A stretch of DNA of 63,300 nt, filler included, from Polymyxa betae A26-41 (Eukaryota > Protista > Endomyxa: Phytomyxea): NCBI GenBank assembly GCA_003693705.1. It is 6 parts of 6 records of this genome, joined end to end, with 100 filler letters (N's around TTAATTAATTAA, not from the genome) between each part and the next. Parts side by side here need not be neighbours in the genome. Positions count along the whole stretch, not along the records: positions 52,781 to 63,300 come from RBZT01000566.1; 5 more parts are not named here. The stretch is one strand, 5' to 3'. This document shows, in pieces, positions 61,285-63,300 of this stretch (positions are counted from its first letter, which is position 1; each line of letters starts with the position of its first letter). The notes beneath the pieces are model-generated. The model was given only the letters and a program-made list of their open reading frames with translations, had not been told where the DNA came from and did no database searches. A program made the position numbers and the translations under genes.

Positions 61285-61665
61285 AAATACCTCGTCAACC
61301 ACTGAAGCCGGGTTCATGGCATCAGCAGAATCTGTCATAGAAACTGTATGGCTACAAGATTTTCTGTTTGAATTGAGCGTGGTTACCAAAAGATGTTCTG
61401 CTTTGAATCAAGACAACAAAGGTCGGTATTTCTCGAAAAGATTGATTGCTCACGATCGCGAACAAAGCACATTGACATCCGCTATCATCAGATACGTGAA
61501 AAAGTTCAAGACGACCAGATCAAGAGAGTCTATTGTCCTACCAACTTAATGGTCGCAGATATTTCAACAAAACCACTACATGAACATGGATTCAAGAATC
61601 ATCGAGATAGCATGATGAGTATTGACTCAGATTATTCCTCCATCGCGAAGAGGCTTGTTAACTAG
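61285..61665 (+). mobile_element. Ty1/copia RNase H fragment
   Basis: STTEA..A, WL, DN, RTKHIDIRYH..RE and MVADISTKPL. Confidence 0.88.
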
Positions 61666-61859
61666 AACCGGCTGTGAGGATCAAACATAGCTTTTCTCAT
61701 CTTCATGCATGAGAATATGTATGGAGCTAACCAGATTTGAAATTATTTTTTTTTGGGCAAAAAGAATCTGGTCCTCTTACAGAGCCTCCGCGCAGCCTTC
61801 AGCGCGGGCTCTTCGGCTTTGGTTGGAGGTGGAGGTGGAGATGGGTGCCCAGTACTGGT

Positions 61860-62170
61860 AACAAGTCGCAACCAGCCAGATGTTTCGGAACAAAAACATC
61901 TTTGCTTGAGGAAACTGTTGAAGCGATATTGAATGAAATCGCATATTCGGGGTGTCTGTAGATCTTTTTCGAAAAAACGCTGTGATTATTCCTGGACAGG
62001 ATTGAAAGCGGTTGTTCACCGAGTGCTGGAATTGGTATCCTTACAGACCATACGACTTTTCGCTCGAAATTCCCATCGGTATATCGATATATATTGTGAA
62101 AAAGATATTGGTACGGCTATTGACACCAGCTCAAGTCGAGCAGGCAGATGAAAACGTCCAAGTTCATCTG
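61860..62170 (+). mobile_element. Tc1/IS630-like DDE transposase C-terminal remnant
   Basis: SLLEETVEA and CDYSWTGLK..V..L..VSLQTIRLFARNSHRYIDIY resemble the tail of fungal/oomycete IS630-Tc1-like transposases. Frameshifted. Confidence 0.55.
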
Positions 62171-62821
62171 GCAATTTCATTATCAATAATGAAACATTTT
62201 AAAAAGTTTTTTGGCGCGGCCTCTGAAATTGAATGGAAATTGAAACAACCCGCTCGAGCCCCACTGCTCAATATAATCTGCGATCTCCTCCTCATAAAAC
62301 TCCGATTCAGAATCGTTCAGGTTGTGCACAAACTCACATAGCGATGTCATTAAGGTGGCCAAATGACGAAACCATTCAATGAAATTCATTTGAACCAATT
62401 GTCGGCTTTGGAACATACTGTTAAGTACTAGTTAATGAAAATTTGAAATTTCTCACAAAATACTCACAATTTCTGAAAAAGGAAAACAAAAGCCAAGCGT
62501 CTTTGACTACGAGGTGCGGAGTATTTTTATAGAATTCAATAGTCTATGAAACTGTGCGCATTGACTGCCACGACAGAACCAGAAGTTCGCTCCAGTTCTC
62601 GGACGAATGTTACAAGCAGTTTGTCAGAACTGAAGTGCTTGCCAATTTCAAACTGGTTATGATCGGTTGAGGAATATCTGTTCATATCATGATCGGGATC
62701 GTCTTCGTTATTCTCGATCGCTACCGAATTTTCTCATTTTTGGTGCAAGGGCGCAGGATTCACTTCGCTTTCCACTTACCTGAAACAACGAGCAGATCCC
62801 ATAAAACAAACGACCCTGCCA

Positions 62822-63300
62822 CAGTAAAAGTTTCTAATAAGGTCTTCTCATATAAGCCCTGAACCCTGTTTTTGGATGCCTAAGACCCTGGGCGCTGGAA
62901 TTCCGGCTGCCCAGGGTCTTAATAGATACACTCCCTGAATTAATGCTACAGTATTTGAATATACTCGATAGCGTAAACGTAAATGCCCTGGCCATCGACT
63001 TGAACGTTCAATTTTTAATTGAAGCAATTTTAATGCATAGTGAACTGAATCGATTTTGCGAAGGCTGTACAAAACTCGTCCAATCTACAAATAAGAAATT
63101 CTTTCGGCAATCAACACGTATCTCTCTTGAGGAAACGACGAAATTGCTAGAGATTTCGATTTACAAGTGATAACAAGTAACAACCGCCAATTCTTTATTA
63201 AGGCCCCTAAAATGACGTTGGCACGTGATAAGACCCTCAGCACTCAATTTAGCTAAGACAATGGACCCTGGCAATATTGCCCAGGGCCTTATTAGAAACT
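62822..63300. mobile_element. TIR MITE (Tc1/pogo-like CAGT terminus); right TIR cut by window end
   Basis: Left CAGTAAAAGTTTCTAATAAGG; right CCTTATTAGAAACT is its reverse complement. Subterminal TAAGACCCT/AGGGTCTTA repeats. Confidence 0.7.

Noticed and set aside
62480-62760. Minus-strand FEIGKHFSS peptide resembling a MULE N-terminus
   Set aside because: Single weak motif with no DDE domain visible.

Overview
Eukaryotic genomic DNA, not prokaryotic. Six contigs are joined by five artificial 100-bp spacers (44N-TTAATTAATTAA-44N), so adjacency across spacers is unproven. Compact genes with ~45-55 bp introns and TTT(T)AGGG-type motifs suggest a protist; a plasmodiophorid/phytomyxid parasite is my inference only. 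Host genes: EFL1/RIA1, RPB12, FAM206A/ABITRAM-like, RPC5, a single-chain cyclic-nucleotide-dependent kinase, EED (3' part), SMU1, INTS3, a GST with a signal peptide, PCIF1/CAPAM, a PX-domain protein, two orphan secreted proteins, tRNA-Leu(UAG) and tRNA-Gly(GCC). They are interspersed with decayed mobile DNA: a LINE, three Ty3/gypsy pieces, copia, CACTA, hAT, Tc1-like remnants and several MITEs. Most interesting: (1) an AT-rich remnant of a virophage/Polinton-like virus (tyrosine recombinase, acidic ORFan, Prim-Pol, possible SF1 helicase); (2) an N-acylated kinase with an extra CNB domain before a PKG-type pseudosubstrate and cAMP-type binding cassettes; (3) an LTR whose PBS is complementary to its own LTR (Tf1-like self-priming); (4) telomeric dimers recurring in short introns and GTAAC/GTTAC arrays in long introns; (5) candidate effectors, including a secreted GST. 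All family assignments come from motif recognition by eye; no searches were run.
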